Shown here piece after piece: positions 30,472 through 41,204 of a stretch of 64,000 nucleotides of DNA; positions within the stretch are counted from its first letter, which is position 1, and the number at the start of each line of letters is the position of its first letter. The position numbers and the translations under genes are program-made. The notes beneath the pieces are model-generated. The model worked only from the letters and a program-made list of their open reading frames with translations, did no database searches and was not told the DNA's origin. Location of the stretch: positions 608,001 through 672,000 of the forward strand of contig CAVPSB010000013.1 in assembly GCA_963708025.1 (NCBI GenBank). Reading direction: 5' to 3'. This stretch comes from an uncultured Candidatus Rokubacteria bacterium (lineage in GTDB: Bacteria; Methylomirabilota; Methylomirabilia; Rokubacteriales; DASRDR01).

Positions 30472-31158
30472 TCACGGCAGGCGAAGGACGCGGCGGCCCA
30501 CGTTGTAGAGGAAGCTCGACAGCCGACCCGGAAAGGCGGCCGCGTACCGGGCCCCGGCGACGTCGGCCGGGCCATCGTCCAGCGCGGCCCGCAGGTCGTC
30601 CCACTCGTCGATCACGAACCACCGGGGATCCCGTGACGCCGCCACCGGGTGCGGCGGCCCGCGCCGGCACACGCGGCCGGCCCGGAAGCCCGGCCGGCTC
30701 CGGAGGCGCGGCCCCTCGCGGCTCTCGTACCACTCGAGCAACGCGCCGTCGTCCCCCTCGGGCAGGTCGAAGCGCGCCGTGGTGAGACAGGGCGCCTCGA
30801 CGCCCCCCGTCCGGTCGCCCCGGCTCCAGTCGCCGATCGACCCGGGGACCCCGACCGTCGCCAGCTGGTCGTAGGCCGTGTTCGACCGGCTGGTCAGCAG
30901 CGCGATGAGGGCCGGTCCCTCGGTGTCCTTCGCCGCCACGTCGCGGTACGCCTGGGTCCTGAACAGATCGTGGCCGGGGATCTCGTAGAGGTTGCACACG
31001 AGCGGCGAGCCCACCTCGGACTGGTATACCTGGGCGCTGTAGAAGCCGGCCCGGAGGAGGTCGGGCGCGTGGCGGCGGATGTACCAGTCGTCCACCCGCG
31101 CCCGGTGCTCGGGCGGTACATCCGACCGCGCCGTGTAGATCGTCGGCAAGGTTCCCAT
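30472..31158 (-). CDS. Hypothetical protein, two dimeric alpha/beta-barrel (EthD-like) domains
   Basis: DDWYIRRHAPDLL...GF and LEWYESRE...PGF duplicated pattern. Confidence 0.6.
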   Translation of the reverse strand: MGTLPTIYTARSDVPPEHRARVDDWYIRRHAPDLLRAGFYSAQVYQSEVGSPLVCNLYEIPGHDLFRTQAYRDVAAKDTEGPALIALLTSRSNTAYDQLATVGVPGSIGDWSRGDRTGGVEAPCLTTARFDLPEGDDGALLEWYESREGPRLRSRPGFRAGRVCRRGPPHPVAASRDPRWFVIDEWDDLRAALDDGPADVAGARYAAAFPGRLSSFLYNVGRRVLRLP

Positions 31159-31163
31159 CGCTC

Positions 31164-31991
31164 TCAGCCTCCGTGACTCACGCTAGGATCCAGGCGATCG
31201 CGCAGGGCGTCGCCGACGAAGTTGAACGCCACCACGGCGAGGAAGATGCCCGCCGCCGGGACCGCCACCACCTGGGGCGCCGCCCGGAGGTAGGCGCGCC
31301 CGGCGCCCAGCATGGCGCCCAGCTCCGGCGACGGCGGCTGGGCCCCCAGCCCCAGGAAGCTCAGGCTCGCGCCCATCAGCATGTTCTGCGCGCAGAAGAC
31401 GGCCGACTGAACCGTCAGTGCCGGGACGCAGCTCGGGAACACGTGACGGAGGAGGATCCCGCGCTCGGCGCGCCCGAGGGCCCGGGCCGCCTCCACGAAC
31501 TCGCGGCTCTTGGTGGCCAGGACCACGGAGCGCACCAGGCGGATGTACTGGGGCACGGTCCACACCGCGATGGCGATCATCGCGTTCACGAGGCTCGGTC
31601 CCAGCACCGCCACCAGCACGATGGTCAGCAGGAAGTAGGGGAACGCGAGCAACAGGTCGGTTGCCCGCATGATCACCGTCTCCAGCAGCCCGCCGTAGTA
31701 GCCGGCCACCAGGCCGAGCCCGACGCCGACGGCGGCGCCGGCGGCCACGGTCACCAGGCCCACCGCCAGCGTGAGCCGGAGCCCGTGCAGGAGCCGGCTC
31801 AGCAGGTCCCGGCCGATCCAGTCGGTCCCCAGCGGGTATTCCCCGCCGGGCGCCTGCAGCCGGAGCCGCAGGTCGGACTTGATCGGGTCGTGCGGCGCCA
31901 GCCAGGGGGCGCCCCCGCCGCCCGCCAGCAGGAGGACGAACAATAAGATCCCGATCACCGGGCGGGGGCCGCCGAGCCGGCGGACTCTCAC
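31164..31991 (-). CDS. Peptide/nickel ABC permease (DppC-like)
   Basis: PLGTDWIGRDLLSRL, EFVEAARALG, LSFLGLGAQPPSPE. Confidence 0.9.
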   Translation of the reverse strand: MRVRRLGGPRPVIGILLFVLLLAGGGGAPWLAPHDPIKSDLRLRLQAPGGEYPLGTDWIGRDLLSRLLHGLRLTLAVGLVTVAAGAAVGVGLGLVAGYYGGLLETVIMRATDLLLAFPYFLLTIVLVAVLGPSLVNAMIAIAVWTVPQYIRLVRSVVLATKSREFVEAARALGRAERGILLRHVFPSCVPALTVQSAVFCAQNMLMGASLSFLGLGAQPPSPELGAMLGAGRAYLRAAPQVVAVPAAGIFLAVVAFNFVGDALRDRLDPSVSHGG

Positions 31992-32917
31992 TGGAGGCGG
32001 ATCCGCGGGTCGATGAGCACGTAGCTGACGTCGACGAGGAGGTTCACCAGGATGAACCCGCTCGCCGTCACCAGCACGCAGCCCTGGACCAGCGGGGTGT
32101 CGCGGGCGGAGATCGCCGAGACGACGAGCTGCCCCACCCCCGGATAGGCGAACACGGTCTCCGTGATGACCGAGCCGCCGATGAGGAGGCCCACCTGGAG
32201 GCCGACCACCGTCACGACGGGGACCAGGGCGTTCCGGAGCGCGTGCCGGCCGACCACGATCGCCTCGCGGAGCCCCTTGGCCCGCGCGGTCCGCACGTAG
32301 TCCTGCCGCAGCACCTCGAGCATGCAGGCCCGCACCATCCGGACGTTGTAGGCCACCAGGAAGCTGGCCAGCGTGACGGCGGGCAGCACGAGGTGGCGCC
32401 ACGAGCCGGCGCCCGAGGTCGGGAACCAGCGGAGCCGGAAGGCGAACGCGTAGATCAGCAGCAGGCCGGTGACGAAGATCGGCACCGAGATCCCCACCAG
32501 GGTCGTGGTCAGGACCGCCTCGTCCAGCACCGACCGGCGCCGCACCGCCGCCACGATCCCGCCGGCCAGGCCGACGGCGATCGAGAGGCACAGGGCGGCG
32601 GCGGCGAGCCGCAGCGTGTACGACAGGGCGTCGAGCACCTGCGGCATGACGGGGCGGCGGTCCACCCAGGAGTCGCCCAGGTCACCCCGGAGCACCCCGG
32701 CCAGGAACCGGCCGTACTGGACCGGCAGCGGCAGGTCGAGGCCGAACTCGTGACGCAGCGCCTTGACCTGCTCGGCGGACGGCGCGTTCGCCGCCAGCAT
32801 CGCCGTGACGTCGCCGGGGGCGAGGTACATCATGCCGAAGACGACGAACGTCACCCCGAAGAGCAGCAGGACCATCGCCAGGAGCCGCCTGACGACGTAC
32901 CCGCCCAGCCCGCTCAC
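31988..32917 (-). CDS. Peptide/nickel ABC permease (DppB-like)
   Basis: QDYVRTARAKGL, RHALRNAL, IDPRIR. Confidence 0.92.
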   Translation of the reverse strand: MSGLGGYVVRRLLAMVLLLFGVTFVVFGMMYLAPGDVTAMLAANAPSAEQVKALRHEFGLDLPLPVQYGRFLAGVLRGDLGDSWVDRRPVMPQVLDALSYTLRLAAAALCLSIAVGLAGGIVAAVRRRSVLDEAVLTTTLVGISVPIFVTGLLLIYAFAFRLRWFPTSGAGSWRHLVLPAVTLASFLVAYNVRMVRACMLEVLRQDYVRTARAKGLREAIVVGRHALRNALVPVVTVVGLQVGLLIGGSVITETVFAYPGVGQLVVSAISARDTPLVQGCVLVTASGFILVNLLVDVSYVLIDPRIRLQ

Positions 32918-32955
32918 GCGACCGCTTCCACCGTCCTATCCGGCGAGTGGGCCGC

Positions 32956-34557
32956 CTACTTCTTCGGAGCGAGCCAGACTCGCGTATACGCCTGGGTGTA
33001 CCACTCGTCGGGGTGCAGGACCATGCCGTTGACGTAGGTGTGCATGCTGGTGTTCCGGAAGGACGCGTAGAGGGGCACGCCGAGGGCCTGGTCCCGGTAG
33101 ATCTGCCCGAGCTTGCAGTAGAGCTCCCGGCGCTTGTCCTTGTTCATCTCCCGCTGGGCGGTCAGGATGACCTGGTCCAGCTCGGGGCTGGTGAACCGCG
33201 GGGTGTTCTGGCCGGCCGGGGGGATGTTCGCGCCCAGGAAGAACACCGCCTTCAGGTCCGCGTCGGCGGTGGCCACCCCGTAGCCGTGGAAGATCAGGTT
33301 GTAGTCGCCTTCCGCGCTCTGCAGGACCTTCATGTAGGCCGGGAACTCGAACAGCCGGAGCGCCAGGTCCACGCCGACCGCGCGGAGCTGGGCCTGGATG
33401 GCCTCGGCCACCTCGCCGTTGCGCGGGTCCCGCTGGGGGTTGTTGACGAGGGTCAGCGCGAGCGGCCGGCCATCCTTCTCGAGGATGCCGTCCTTGCCGG
33501 GGCGGTACCCTAGCTCCGCCAGCCCCGCCTTGGCCTTGGCCTGGTCGTAGACCGGGAAGCCGACGTCGCAGGCGCCGAACACGGAGGGATTGAAGAGGCC
33601 GGTCGCGACCTGGCCGATGTCCGGGGTGACGACCTCTTCCACGATGCTCTTCACGTTGATCGCCTGCCCCAGCGCCCGCCGGAGCCGGATGTCGTCCGTC
33701 GGCGGCTTGCGGGCGTTGAAGTGGACGTTGACGTCCCGGTAGGTCGGGACCTTGGCCACGCGGAGCTTCGGGTTGGCCTTGAGCGTCTGGATCGCGCTCG
33801 GCGGGGTCTCGAAGAGCACGTCCGCCTCCCCGCTCTCCAGGGCCAGGACCCGGGTCCCCTCCTCCGGGATCACCTTGAAGATCAGGGTGTCGACGTACGG
33901 CGCCCCGCCCCAGTAGTCGGGGTTCCGGGCGAGCTTGATGTGCTGGCCGCGGACCCACTCGACGTACTTGAAGGGGCCGGTCCCCGAGGGGTGCAGCCCG
34001 TAGTCCTTGCCCCACTTCTTGACCTCGGCCGAGTCGGGGATGAGGGTCGCCAGCGACTGGGCCAGGGTGTCCACCAGCGCCGCGTTCGGGGTCTGGGTCT
34101 CCAGCACCAGCGTGTAGCGATCCACGACCTTGATGGGGATCTTGAGCATCTTGATGACGGCGGCGTCCCGGGCGAGGTCGGCGGGGTTGAGCTGGCGCTC
34201 GTAGGTGAACTTCACGTCCTCGGCGGTCAGCTCGTTCCCGCTGTGGAACTTGACGCCCTTCCGCAGCGTCACCTCCAGGCGCGTGGGGTCGAGGAAGCGC
34301 CAGGACTGGGCCAGGTGCCCGTGGAGCACGCCCTTCTCGTCCTTCCGGAAGAGCGGCTCGTAGACGTTCGCGAAGATGCGCACGGAGAAGCCCACCGCGG
34401 CGTGGGGGTCGAAGGTCTGCATGTCCGAGGGGGTGATGACCGTCAGGGTCCCGCCGCGGCGCGGCTGATCCTGGGCCTGCCCCACGGCCAGGACGAGGAG
34501 CACCCCCGCGAAGATTGCCGCCGAACCAGCCACGAGCCGTCTCCCACGCCGTCTCAT
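32956..34557 (-). CDS. Peptide/nickel ABC substrate-binding protein (SBP family 5)
   Basis: LRKGVKFHSG, GTGPFK, RNPDYWG. Confidence 0.92.
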   Translation of the reverse strand: MRRRGRRLVAGSAAIFAGVLLVLAVGQAQDQPRRGGTLTVITPSDMQTFDPHAAVGFSVRIFANVYEPLFRKDEKGVLHGHLAQSWRFLDPTRLEVTLRKGVKFHSGNELTAEDVKFTYERQLNPADLARDAAVIKMLKIPIKVVDRYTLVLETQTPNAALVDTLAQSLATLIPDSAEVKKWGKDYGLHPSGTGPFKYVEWVRGQHIKLARNPDYWGGAPYVDTLIFKVIPEEGTRVLALESGEADVLFETPPSAIQTLKANPKLRVAKVPTYRDVNVHFNARKPPTDDIRLRRALGQAINVKSIVEEVVTPDIGQVATGLFNPSVFGACDVGFPVYDQAKAKAGLAELGYRPGKDGILEKDGRPLALTLVNNPQRDPRNGEVAEAIQAQLRAVGVDLALRLFEFPAYMKVLQSAEGDYNLIFHGYGVATADADLKAVFFLGANIPPAGQNTPRFTSPELDQVILTAQREMNKDKRRELYCKLGQIYRDQALGVPLYASFRNTSMHTYVNGMVLHPDEWYTQAYTRVWLAPKK

Positions 34558-34682
34558 CCCTCACCTCCGGGGTGCTCGGTCCCTCTCATCGCACGGGTTG
34601 CACGCGAATCCTGTTACTCGGCTCTAGCATCGCGGACGAAGGCGTGTCAAGGGTGGCCCGGACGGAGTACCATGGCCGCGCG

Positions 34683-36260
34683 ATGCTCGACGTCGTGATC
34701 CGGGGTGGCAGCGTGGTCGACGGGAGCGGCGGGTCCGCCCGCCGCGCCGACGTCGCCATCGTGGCCGACCGGATCGAGGCCGTCGAACCGCTGCCGCGGG
34801 CGGAGGCGGCGCAGGTGATCGACGCGACGGGCCACGTCGTCGCGCCCGGATTCGTCGACATGCACTCGCACGCCGACTTCGTCCTCCCCGGCCTCCCGAC
34901 CGCCGACAGCAAGGTGCACCAGGGCTTCACGCTGGAGGTCGTCGGCAACTGCGGGGCGAGCCCGGCCCCGCTGACGCCGGCCCGGCGCCAGGACGTCATC
35001 GACACCGCCCTCACCGTCCCACCCCTCCGCTGGGACTGGACCACCTTCCGCAGCTACCTCGACGGCCTGAGCCGGGAGGGCCTCTCGATCAACGTCGCGC
35101 CCCTGGTGGGACACGGGACGGTCCGGATCCTGGCGATGGGGGCGAGCGACGCCCGTCCCACCGCCGACCAGCTCCGGGCCATGCAGGCGGAGGTGCGGCG
35201 GGCGATGGCGGAAGGCGCCCTGGGGCTGTCCACGGGGTTGATCTACGCCCCCGGCCTGTTCGCGGACACCGACGAGATCGTCGACCTGGCGCGGGTCGCC
35301 GCCGAGGCCGGCGGCATCTACGCCAGCCACATCCGGGGCGAGAGCGACACGCTCCTGCCGGCCATCGCCGAGGCGATCGAGGTCGGGCGCCGGGCGGGGC
35401 TGCCGGTGCAGATCAGCCATCTCAAGGCCGCGGGGCAGGCGAACTGGACGAAGATGGGCCAGGCGATCGAGCTGATCGAGGCCGCGCGCGCCGACGGCCT
35501 CGACGTGACGGCCGACATGTACCCCTACCCGGCCGGCAGCACCGGCCTGACCGCCCTCCTGCCGGCGTGGGTCCACGTGGGCGGCCGCAAGCCGCTCCTC
35601 GCCCGGCTCGCCGATCCCGCCGACCGCGCGCGCATCCGGGCGGCGCTCGACGCCGGCGGCCTCGCCCGCGACGCCGGCTGGGACGGCATCGTGATCGCGG
35701 GCTGCCCGGCCCGGCGAGGCTACGAGGGCCGGACCATCGCCGACATCGCCGCCGAGCTGGGCGTGCCGGCCGGCGAGGCGGCGATCGAGATCCTGCGGCA
35801 GTCGGGGGGCGACGCCGACATGGTCCTCTTCATGATGAGCGAGGACAACGTCGCGCGGGGTCTCGCGCTGCCCTGGGTCATGATCGGCTCCGACGGCGAG
35901 GGGCGGGCCGCGCGGGGCCCCTACGCCGCCGGCAAGCCGCACCCGCGGAACTACGGCACCTGCCCGCGCTTCCTCGGCCACTACGTCCGGGACCAGCGGC
36001 TGGTGCCGCTGGAGGAGGCGGTCCGCCGGATGACCAGCCTGCCCGCCGCGAAGCTGGGGCTGAAGGACCGGGGCCGGCTCGCCCGCGGCGCCTTCGCCGA
36101 CGTCGTGGTCTTCGATCCCGCGACGATCGCCGACACCGCGACCTTCGCGGACCCCCACCGCTACCCGCGCGGCATCGCCTGGGTGCTGGTCAACGGCCGG
36201 CCGGTGATCGCCGCCGGCGACCACACCGGAGCCCGGCCCGGGCGCGTGCTCGCGCGCTGA
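34683..36260 (+). CDS. N-acyl-D-amino-acid deacylase (D-aminoacylase)
   Basis: APGFVDMHSH, GNCG, GLSTGLIY, YASHIR, QISHLK, PHPRNYG. Confidence 0.92.
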   Translation: MLDVVIRGGSVVDGSGGSARRADVAIVADRIEAVEPLPRAEAAQVIDATGHVVAPGFVDMHSHADFVLPGLPTADSKVHQGFTLEVVGNCGASPAPLTPARRQDVIDTALTVPPLRWDWTTFRSYLDGLSREGLSINVAPLVGHGTVRILAMGASDARPTADQLRAMQAEVRRAMAEGALGLSTGLIYAPGLFADTDEIVDLARVAAEAGGIYASHIRGESDTLLPAIAEAIEVGRRAGLPVQISHLKAAGQANWTKMGQAIELIEAARADGLDVTADMYPYPAGSTGLTALLPAWVHVGGRKPLLARLADPADRARIRAALDAGGLARDAGWDGIVIAGCPARRGYEGRTIADIAAELGVPAGEAAIEILRQSGGDADMVLFMMSEDNVARGLALPWVMIGSDGEGRAARGPYAAGKPHPRNYGTCPRFLGHYVRDQRLVPLEEAVRRMTSLPAAKLGLKDRGRLARGAFADVVVFDPATIADTATFADPHRYPRGIAWVLVNGRPVIAAGDHTGARPGRVLAR

Positions 36261-36567
36261 GATGAACGTGAAGGGGGCTGCGCCGCCCTCCCGGACCTGC
36301 AGTCGGACCACGCTGACGGTAGACCCGCTGCCGTCGTCGGTCGAGGTGGTCGCCACCCCATAGCGGGCGCTGCTCCGCAGGGCTTCACGACGGCCTCGGG
36401 GGCAACCTCGGGGCTGTTCGTGCGTCTAGGCCCATCGTACACAACGAGAGCCGCGCCCTCAGGCGAGTGCCCGGCGTGGTATCGTCGGGCGCATGCTGTC
36501 GGTGAGTCGCCTGTGGCCATGATCCCGGGGTCGAGGCGCGCTACGGGCCCGTAGCCTCGCTACGATG

Positions 36568-36596
36568 TTGACCCGTCCCCCATCCCGGCGTAGCAT
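36568..36596 (+). promoter_or_regulatory. sigma70-type promoter TTGACC-17-TAGCAT
   Basis: Hexamers upstream of the SBP gene, followed by GGGAGG RBS. Confidence 0.6.
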
Positions 36597-36618
36597 CCCG
36601 GCCATCGGGAGGTGGCGC

Positions 36619-37620
36619 ATGAGGCGCTCGGCTGTCGCCCTCCTCACCCTCTACTGCCTTGCCACGCCGTTGTCAGCGTACAGTCAGCAGCCGGCAAAGC
36701 GGCCGTATCGGGTCGGCGTGCTCGTGTTGGGCTTCACGGTCCTGACCCCGGTCGTGCAGGGGCTCAAGGCCGGGCTGAAGGCAGAGGGCCTCGAAGAGGG
36801 ACGGGAGGTTGTCTATGACGTGCAGATCATGCGGGGCGAGCCTCAATCCCTCTCTGAGGGGGTGAAGAGACTCATTGGGGGAGGAGCGGCTGTCATCCTC
36901 GCGCTCGGTGAGGAGGCGACCAGGGCTGCAATGAACGCGAGCCATCACATACCGATTGTCTTCGTCGGTGTCGGCGATCCGGTGGCCGCCCGGATCGTGA
37001 CAAGCATCGCGCATCCGGGCGGCAACGTGACGGGTATCTCGGGCTTGACGACGGAGTTGGCACCTAAGCGACTGGAGATGTTCAAGGCGCTGGTCCCGAC
37101 GCTTCGCCGTGTCTGGGCCGTGTACCACGCGGACGATGCGATGAGCGATACGGCAGCCCGGAGGGCGCAGGAGGTGGGGCCGTCCCTAGGACTTTCGGTC
37201 ACGGTGCGTCCGGTGCGGACGCCCTCGGAACTCATCGAGACGCTCAAGGCGATTCCGGCGGGAGACGGGCTCTTCGCACCGTTCAACCCTTATTTCGACG
37301 TGCCCGGTTTGATGTTAGTTGCATCGTTGTCGGCTCGGCTTCCCGTGATCTACCCTTCGGCCTACTGGGTGCGCGCCATTACGCCGGGTTCTCCTGAGAG
37401 AGGCCTCGGGGGCCTGGCGTCCTACGGCTCGGATTATGAAGGGGAGGGTGTTCAGGCGGCACGACTCGTGGCGAAGATCTTACGCGGCGCCAAGGCGCAG
37501 GATGTGCCTGTAGAGGCGACGACAAAGATTCAGTTCGTCATCAATCTGAAGACGGCCAAGGCCCTCGACTTGACGATCCCGCCCTCCGTGCTGGCGCGGG
37601 CGGATGAAGTGATACAGTGA
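36619..37620 (+). CDS. ABC transporter substrate-binding protein (ABC_sub_bind family)
   Basis: [50 protein letters not shown]; visibly lower GC3 than neighbours. Confidence 0.9.
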   Translation: MRRSAVALLTLYCLATPLSAYSQQPAKRPYRVGVLVLGFTVLTPVVQGLKAGLKAEGLEEGREVVYDVQIMRGEPQSLSEGVKRLIGGGAAVILALGEEATRAAMNASHHIPIVFVGVGDPVAARIVTSIAHPGGNVTGISGLTTELAPKRLEMFKALVPTLRRVWAVYHADDAMSDTAARRAQEVGPSLGLSVTVRPVRTPSELIETLKAIPAGDGLFAPFNPYFDVPGLMLVASLSARLPVIYPSAYWVRAITPGSPERGLGGLASYGSDYEGEGVQAARLVAKILRGAKAQDVPVEATTKIQFVINLKTAKALDLTIPPSVLARADEVIQ

Positions 37621-37782
37621 CCCCCGGCGACCTCGCCCACCGCCGCCGCATCCTCTTCACGATGCTCACGGCGCTCAGCTTCCGCTACCCACGCGGTCGA
37701 GGCTTGGCTACGCTGCTATCCGGTCGATCGCAGACGACGCAACCCCGTGACCTGGCGAGTCGGACAGGAAGGAAGGAGCATC

Positions 37783-39387
37783 ATGAGCATCCGTGATCGC
37801 GTCCCCGGGTACCGTGCCTGGCTGGTCGTCGCCGCCTTCCTGGGCCTGGGGGTGACGGCGAGCCGCGTCGCCGCCCAGCCGGTGGCGGGCGGCGACTTCA
37901 CCTTCGGGTACTCCTCGAGCTTCGTCGACATCCTCGACCCCCACGTGACCTCCCAGTCGGTCAGCCACTTCATCATGATGAACATCTTCGACCCGCTGGT
38001 CTACCTGCGGACCAGCGGCGAGTTCGCGCCGGGCCTGGCCGAGTCCTGGTCCTCCAGCGCCGACGGCCTCGTCTGGACCTTCAAGCTGAAGCGCGGCGTC
38101 ACCTTCCACGACGGGAGCCCGTTCAACGGCGAGGCCGTGAAGTTCAGCTTCGACCGGATGGTCGATCCGGAGACCAAGTCCCGCCAGGCCGGGGTCGCCC
38201 TGCGCGGCTTCTACGACCGCACCGAGGTGGTGGACGCCGCCACCGTGCGGATCGTCCTCAAGAAGCCCAAGGCGTCCTTCCTCACCGTCATCAGCCAGGC
38301 CTTCTTCGCCCCCGTGTCGCCGAAGGCGGTCAAGGAGCTCGGCACCGAGTTCGGGCGCAAGCCGGTGGGCACCGGGCCCTTCAAGTTCGTGGAGTGGGTG
38401 CAGAACCAGCACGTGAAGCTCGTGCGGAACCCCGACTACACCTGGGGCCCGCCGTTCCTCCACAAGGGCTCGGCCTACCTCGCCACCCTCACCTTCCGCC
38501 AGATCCCGGACCCCGGCGCGCGGCTGGCCGCGCTCGAGTCGGGCCAGGTGGACGCGGTGGACGTGCCGCCGACCCACCAGCTCGAGCGGCTCCGCGCCGA
38601 CCCCCGCTTCCAGGTCAAGAGCGCGCCCCAGCCCGGCATGCCGTGGGGCTGGCCGATGAACAACAAGCGGGGCCCCACCGACGAGCTGGTGGTCCGCCAG
38701 GCGATGATCTACGCGGTCAACCGGGCGGCCCTGGTGAAGAACGTCCACCAGGGCGCCTACAAGCCGGCCTTCGGCCCCCTCACGCCCGTGACCTTCGGCT
38801 ACAACCCGGCGGTCGAGAAGATGTACCCCCACGATCCCCGCAAGGCGGAGGCGCTCCTGGAGGAGGCCGGCTGGAAGAAGGGCCCGGACGGCATCCGGAC
38901 CAAGGACGGCAAGCCCCTGGTGATCGAGCACTACGTCTTCTACTCGACCGCCGAGGCGGAGTTCGTCCAGGCCGAGTGGAAGCAGGTCGGCATCAAGTCG
39001 AACATCAGCCTCCAGGAAGTCGGCACGGTCAACCAGGTGGCCACCGAGGGGGTCAAGAACAACCTGGCCCCGCTCCCCTTCGCCTCGCTCGACCCCGAGC
39101 TGATGACCACGCTCTTCCACTCCCGGAACCAGGGGAAGGGCTTCAACTGGACCTTCCACAGCATCAAGGAGATCGACGACCTCCTGGACCGCGGCGAGGT
39201 GGAGCTGGACGTGAAGAAGCGGGCGGAGATCTACGGGCGGTTCCAGGTGCTGGCCATGGAGAACGCCCTGTTCCTGCCGGCGTTCGTCCGGGAGACCATC
39301 CACGTCTACAAGGCCCCGGTGCAAGGCGTCCAGTTCAACCGCCGGGGCTACGACGCCTACTTCGTCGAGATGTGGTGGAAGAAATAG
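37783..39387 (+). CDS. Peptide/nickel ABC substrate-binding protein (SBP family 5)
   Basis: LKRGVTFHDG, GTGPFKF, RNPDY; GGAG RBS. Confidence 0.92.
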   Translation: MSIRDRVPGYRAWLVVAAFLGLGVTASRVAAQPVAGGDFTFGYSSSFVDILDPHVTSQSVSHFIMMNIFDPLVYLRTSGEFAPGLAESWSSSADGLVWTFKLKRGVTFHDGSPFNGEAVKFSFDRMVDPETKSRQAGVALRGFYDRTEVVDAATVRIVLKKPKASFLTVISQAFFAPVSPKAVKELGTEFGRKPVGTGPFKFVEWVQNQHVKLVRNPDYTWGPPFLHKGSAYLATLTFRQIPDPGARLAALESGQVDAVDVPPTHQLERLRADPRFQVKSAPQPGMPWGWPMNNKRGPTDELVVRQAMIYAVNRAALVKNVHQGAYKPAFGPLTPVTFGYNPAVEKMYPHDPRKAEALLEEAGWKKGPDGIRTKDGKPLVIEHYVFYSTAEAEFVQAEWKQVGIKSNISLQEVGTVNQVATEGVKNNLAPLPFASLDPELMTTLFHSRNQGKGFNWTFHSIKEIDDLLDRGEVELDVKKRAEIYGRFQVLAMENALFLPAFVRETIHVYKAPVQGVQFNRRGYDAYFVEMWWKK

Positions 39388-39430
39388 GAGCCGGATCGAC
39401 GCGGGCGCCTGACCGGTAGACGGGCGGTCC

Positions 39431-40360
39431 GTGGGCCGCTATCTGGTCCGCCGTCTGGCCGGGATGCTGTTCGTGCTGCTCGGGGTCGCCGCCGTCGTGT
39501 TCACCCTGATGAACACGCTGCCCGGCGATCCGGCGACGATGCTCGTGTCGCACTTCGGGGCGTCGGCCCGCGACATCGAGATCCTCCGGGAGCAGCTCGG
39601 CCTGAACGACCCGTTCCTCGTCCGGTTCGGCCGCTTCATCGGGGGCGCGGTCCAGGGCGACCTGGGAAAGTCGTTCCAGCAGAACCGCCCCGTGACCCGG
39701 ATCCTGCTGGAGAACACGGCGCCCACCGTGCGGCTGGCCCTCCTGGCGGTGGCGCTGGCGACGGTCCTCGGGGTGCTCGTCGGCGTGGCGGCGGCGGTGC
39801 GCCGGGGGAGCTGGGCCGACTTCCTCACCATGCTGGTGTCCCTGCTCGGCATCTCGATGCCCGGCTTCTGGCTGGGCCTGATGCTGATGCTGCTCTTCGC
39901 CGTCCAGCTCCGGTGGCTGCCGGCCCTCGGGGACCAGAGCTGGCGCGGCATCGTGCTGCCCGCCCTCACGCTCGCCCTGCCGGCCTCGGCCATGATCGCC
40001 CGGCTGACCCGGTCCAGCATGCTGGAGGTGCTGCGCGAGGACTACCTCCGCTCGGCCCGGGCCAAGGGCCTGCCCGAGCGCACGGTGATCTTCCGCCACG
40101 CGCTGCGCAACGCCCTCATCACGGTCATCACCTTCGTGGGCCTGCAGTTCGGCCTGCTCCTGGGCGGGAGCGTCGTGGTGGAGTCGCTCTTCTCCCGTCA
40201 AGGGCTGGGGCAGGTCGTCGTGGCCGCCGTGTTCGCCCGGGACATCCCCATCGTCCAGGGCTGGTGCCTGCTGGTGGCGGCGACCTACAGCGTGGTGAAC
40301 CTCGCCGTGGACCTCTCCTACGCCCTCGTCAACCCGCGTATCCGCTACGACACGCCGTAG
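39431..40360 (+). CDS. Peptide/nickel ABC permease (DppB-like)
   Basis: DYLRSARAKGL, RHALRNAL, NPRIR. Confidence 0.92.
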   Translation: MGRYLVRRLAGMLFVLLGVAAVVFTLMNTLPGDPATMLVSHFGASARDIEILREQLGLNDPFLVRFGRFIGGAVQGDLGKSFQQNRPVTRILLENTAPTVRLALLAVALATVLGVLVGVAAAVRRGSWADFLTMLVSLLGISMPGFWLGLMLMLLFAVQLRWLPALGDQSWRGIVLPALTLALPASAMIARLTRSSMLEVLREDYLRSARAKGLPERTVIFRHALRNALITVITFVGLQFGLLLGGSVVVESLFSRQGLGQVVVAAVFARDIPIVQGWCLLVAATYSVVNLAVDLSYALVNPRIRYDTP

Positions 40361-40361
40361 C

Positions 40362-41204
40362 ATGGCGGCCGCGGTCCCGGAGCTGCGCCGCTTCCTCGCG
40401 CACAGGGGCGCCGTGGCCGGCGGCGTCCTCCTCCTGGTGATCGGGCTGGGCGCGGCGCTGGCGCCCCGCCTCGCGCCCTACGACCCCATCGCCCAGGACC
40501 AGCGCGCCTCGCTCCAGGCGCCGGGGCGGCCGCACCCCCTGGGCACCGACGTGTTCGGCCGGGACATCCTGAGCCGCGTGATCTGGGGTGGGCGGGCGTC
40601 GCTGCGGGTGGGCCTGCTGGCGGTGGCGGTCGGCGCCGGCCTGGGCACCCTCCTCGGTCTCGTGGCCGGCTACTACGAGGGCTGGGCGGGGTCGATCGTG
40701 CTCCGGCTGACGGACGTCCTCCTCGCCCTGCCGGGCATCCTGCTGGCCCTGACGATCGTCGCCGCCACCGGCCCGAGCCTGGAGAACGTCATCGTGGCCG
40801 TGGGCATCTCGTCCGCGCCCGCGTACATCCGCGTGGTGAACGGCTCGGTGCTCGACGTGAAGACGCGCGCGTTCATCGAGGCGGTGCGGGCGTCCGGCGC
40901 CGTGGACCTGCGCGTGATCGCGCGCCACCTGCTGCCCAACATCCTGGCGCCGGTGATCGTCCTCACCACGGTCGGACTCGGCAATGCCCTGCTCGTCGCG
41001 GCCACCCTGAGCTTTCTCGGCCTGGGGGCCCAGCCGCCCAGCCCGGAGTGGGGGGCCATGCTCAGCCAGGGGCGCGAGTTCATCTTCGGCTACTGGTGGA
41101 TCGCCACCTTTCCCGGCCTGGCCATCCTGCTGGCGGTGATCGGCGCCAACCTGCTCGGCGAGGGCATGCGGGACCTGCTGGACCCGCGGCTGCGTGTCAG
41201 TTAG
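40362..41204 (+). CDS. Peptide/nickel ABC permease (DppC-like)
   Basis: HPLGTDVFGRD, LSFLGLGAQPPSPEWG, LDPR. Confidence 0.92.
   Translation: MAAAVPELRRFLAHRGAVAGGVLLLVIGLGAALAPRLAPYDPIAQDQRASLQAPGRPHPLGTDVFGRDILSRVIWGGRASLRVGLLAVAVGAGLGTLLGLVAGYYEGWAGSIVLRLTDVLLALPGILLALTIVAATGPSLENVIVAVGISSAPAYIRVVNGSVLDVKTRAFIEAVRASGAVDLRVIARHLLPNILAPVIVLTTVGLGNALLVAATLSFLGLGAQPPSPEWGAMLSQGREFIFGYWWIATFPGLAILLAVIGANLLGEGMRDLLDPRLRVS

Noticed and set aside
36261-36560. Intergenic region as ncRNA or repeat
   Set aside because: Only short weak hairpins; no second copy or recognisable RNA motif in the window
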